Assembly: GCF_001194135.2 (NCBI RefSeq)
Contig: NC_068984.1
Location: 127,519,683-127,583,682, forward strand
DNA length: 64,000 nt
Reading direction: 5' to 3'
Origin: Octopus bimaculoides
Taxonomy: Eukaryota
In this document: piece by piece, positions 60,700 through 64,000 of the stretch
How the letters are laid out: each line of letters begins with the position of its first letter
How positions within the stretch are numbered: position 1 is the first letter of the stretch
Notes under the pieces: model-generated
What the model was told of the DNA's origin: nothing
Seen by the model: the letters and a program-made list of their open reading frames with translations, nothing else
Databases searched by the model: none
Made by a program: the position numbers and the translations under genes

Positions 60700-61954
60700 C
60701 TGTAATGAGAACCGCAGTTGTAGTCATTAAAACAGGATTACATTATCACAAGAATCATAAGGGCTTAACGATTAAGGAACATGAAAAGTCCTGCCACACA
60801 CCATCATCATCTTTTTGCAACTCTTTTCATGCTGGCATGGGTTAGATGGTTTGACTGATATTGGTAAGATGGAGAGCAACACAAGGCACTGGTTGTCTGT
60901 TTTAGTTGGGTTCCTAATGTCAACCACTCTATATAGTGTACTGGGTGTCTTATGTGTGTTACTGGCACGGGTGCCTTTTACGTGTCACTAGCATGGGTGT
61001 CTTTCATGTGTCACTAGCACTGGCCATGACCATGATTTCACTTGTCATTGCCAGTTAAAATATCAACTAGATGACTTAAATGCTCAATACACTTGGTGTA
61101 CAGTGACTGGTTATTGTTTAGCCATAGGACTGTACTGATTCAGCAGAACTATGATCAAAGTGTTCTAATTGTGTAATCACTACATCCTTTATTCAGACAG
61201 TGTATCTAGAATGACATTATGCAACATGTAATTTTATTTTGAAGACAACAGATTGTAATTTGAGGGAAATTTGGCTGTTATTTCCAGAAAATATATTGGT
61301 TAAAACCATAAGCAAGTAAATGGTTACATTGATGTTCTATTTCATAGACATGATTCAGTGATAGAGCACATGTGCTTGAACTAGGTTTTAATACTCAATC
61401 AAGAGATTTAAAAAGTGGTTGAAGTCAATCATTATTCACAAAATGGAAGTACCAGCCTTATGGTTCATGTAATCATTATCTCCTCTTTGGTATGAGAATT
61501 TCTGTTTGTTGCTAACAACATTTTGTTTCTCAGATTTAGTTTATTACAAATCAAAATCTGTTGTAGAACAAGTCTCTATGTGATTGCCCGACAAGCTAGA
61601 AATAATAACCATATTCTCCACCATATCAAACACTATCGTAAAAAAAGAGGGGTGGGGAATTGTTTAATGCTATCGACCATACATTTTCTCCATTCATCAT
61701 CATGAAACATCCGTTTTCCATGTTGGCATGAGTTGGACGGTTTGACAGGAGCTGACCAGGCTCCATGTCTGTTTTGGCATGGTTTCTACAGCTGGATGCC
61801 CTTCCTAATGCCAGCCACTTCGTGTACTGGGTACTGTAAAAAGGCAAAACCTGTTGAAGAAGGGCTGGATAAATAGGTGCTTCACTGAACACATTTTAAG
61901 CTACTAAACAAATAAAAAAACACTAAGATCAACAGTTACAAAGATAACACTCAC

Positions 61955-62041
61955 CTCGACATTAGTTGAGTCTAGTTTTTCTTCCATGACTTGCTGCAAA
62001 ATCTTTAGAGCTTCTTTACGTGCGTTATCCAGACTCATTGA
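61955..62041 (-). CDS. PSMA5: Proteasome subunit alpha type-5, penultimate coding exon (87 nt): SMSLDNARKEALKILQQVMEEKLDSTNVE
   Basis: Matches PSMA5 [29 protein letters not shown]. ttctgtctag| acceptor and gag|gtgagt donor; in frame with both neighbours. Not in the ORF track. Confidence 0.96.
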
Positions 62042-62788
62042 CTAGACAGAAGAAAGACCAGATATCTCACCATCATCCACATTGCTGATTAACTCTTCAA
62101 AACAAATTTTAACGAGAACAGATAACACCGCCACAGCTAATATTGCCTCTACTCCTTCCTATATGACCACATCACCATTGTTTAACGCCTGCCTTCCATG
62201 CTGGCATGGGTTGGACGGTTTGACTGAGGGCTGGCAAACCAGCAGGCTGTACCAGGCTCCAATCTTATCTGGCAAGGTTTCTACAGTTGGATGCCCTTCC
62301 TAACGCTAACCACTCCGAGAGTGTAGTAGCTGCTTTTTACGTGCCACTGGTACGAGGGCCAGTCAGGCTTAACTGGCATCGACCATGCTTGAATGGTGCT
62401 TTTTATGTACCACTGGCATGGGAGCCAGTCAGGCAGCACTGGTAACGACTACGCTCTGCCTTTACTACTATAACTACTACTCCACCATCATCTCTATTGC
62501 TACTGCCACTACCACATAGCATCAACCTAAATAGACCATTACACACACACAATCAGTTTTTCTATCATTTTATATTTTCTTTTCCTTTGCTTTACAGTCA
62601 TTGGACTGTGCCCAAGATGGTTTAGTCAACCAAATGATCTCAATATTTTTTTTTAAAGTCTGGTACTTATTGTATCAATCCTTTTTTGTTGAACCATACG
62701 TCAACAAAGCAACACTAGTCAAGCAGTGGTGAGGGACAAATACAACACAAGCAGAAGCACAAAGATAGATAGACAGACAGATACATAA

Positions 62789-62828
<40 letters not shown>

Positions 62829-63514
62829 TCTATTCTTTTACTTGTTTCAGTCATATGACTGTAGTCATGCTGGAGCACCGCCATAAAAGGTTTTAGCCAA
62901 AGAAATTGACCCCAAGACTTATTCTTTGTAAGCCTAGTACTTCTATCAGCTTCTTTTGCTGAACTGCTAAGTTACAGGGACACACACACACACATATATA
63001 TATACACATACATGGTGGGCTTCTTTAAGTTTCCACCGACCAAATCTACTCACAAGACTTTGGTTGCCTGAGGGCTATAGTAGAACACACTTAGCCAAGG
63101 TGCTATGCAGTGGGACTGAATCCACACAGGTGGTTGGGAAGCAAGCTTCTTAACCACATGCACCAATGTCCCTCACCTGATCCCATCCACCACTATATTA
63201 TGTATAAACTGACATACCGAATATAACATGATTGAAGTGTTCAAATCTTGTTGCAGTCAATAAATAGTGACCCCTACCTAAAACATTACCTGATTTGAGT
63301 TAGTTCAGTTGAGAAATAGATTTCTGTTCTATTTCAATAGTGTAGTAGTTAGCAATAGGAAATACATCTAGTGGTAAAAATAAAACTTAGTTCCAACAAA
63401 GAGCAAAATGCCCACATTTTATTTTTTATAAAACAAACAAAATATTATAACCCCCCCCCCCCAAACATTTATGGTAAAAGTGCATGTCAAATATTTGAAC
63501 ACATTAAAGAATAC

Positions 63515-63617
63515 CTTATGATAGACATCCTGCAGTGCTTGTTGTGCTCCTTCTGACCCAGATCCTATAGCTTTAGCATCATATTGTATGAAAGTGCCTG
63601 ATGGATCCATATGGAAT
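63515..63617 (-). CDS. PSMA5: Proteasome subunit alpha type-5, internal exon (103 nt): (x)[34 protein letters not shown]
   Basis: Translation matches the remembered PSMA5 segment [34 protein letters not shown]. Bounded by tag| acceptor (63619-63618) and |gtattc donor; the phase-0 end joins the next exon. Upstream exons lie beyond the window end. Confidence 0.97.
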
Positions 63618-64000
63618 CTATCCAAATATGAAAAAAAAAATTTATGATTCAATGCCACACATTAAGCTAAGACAATATTCTATGTTGTGTGTATATACAT
63701 ATAAATAATCATCTTCATTATTTAATGTCCATTTTGCATGCTGGTGTGGGTTGGGCAGTTTAACAGGAGCTGGCGAGCCAGAAGGCTGTACTAAGCTGTT
63801 TGCTCTGGCATGGTCTCTAAGGGTAGATGTTCTTCCTAATGTCAAACATTTAGCAGAGTGTACTGGGTGCTTTTTGCATGACACCAGGACCAGCATGGTC
63901 ATCAAATAGCTTGCAAGACAAAGACCCCTCAACTAAGATTGGGAGTAGTATTAAGTGAGATGGCATTGTGCTGAGAAATGAGAGCTTAACATATGATAAA

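Noticed and set aside
63419-63658. 79-aa ORF as a complete gene
   Set aside because: Only 63515-63617 is PSMA5 exon; the flanks are intronic.

Overview
AT-rich, microsatellite- and retroposon-dense animal genomic DNA with nine N gaps. The SINE, RTE and MITE content looks like Octopus (cephalopod); this is inferred from repeat character, not a search. Recognisable genes are both on the minus strand. The first is the last three coding exons of proteasome subunit alpha type-5 (PSMA5; 63515-63617, 61955-62041, 60622-60699). The second, about 35 kb downstream, is a CpG-rich exon carrying the start of an unidentified protein, MGNCITQCCGKDK (myristoylation/palmitoylation-type N-terminus), preceded by a perfect-Kozak uORF. 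The rest is decayed RTE and CR1/L2-type LINEs (one RTE C-terminus has three C2H2 fingers), several SINE families, hAT- and piggyBac-type MITEs, an initiator-tRNA-Met pseudogene, short local duplications and fold-back hairpins. The most notable unannotated signal is a set of hammerhead-ribozyme (HHR) motifs of the Penelope-like-element type, from several unrelated short repeat families. No Penelope ORF is recognisable. Two adjacent fold-back elements at 2.6-3.2 kb are inverted pairs of HHR units. Almost all ORFs in the supplied track are spurious.
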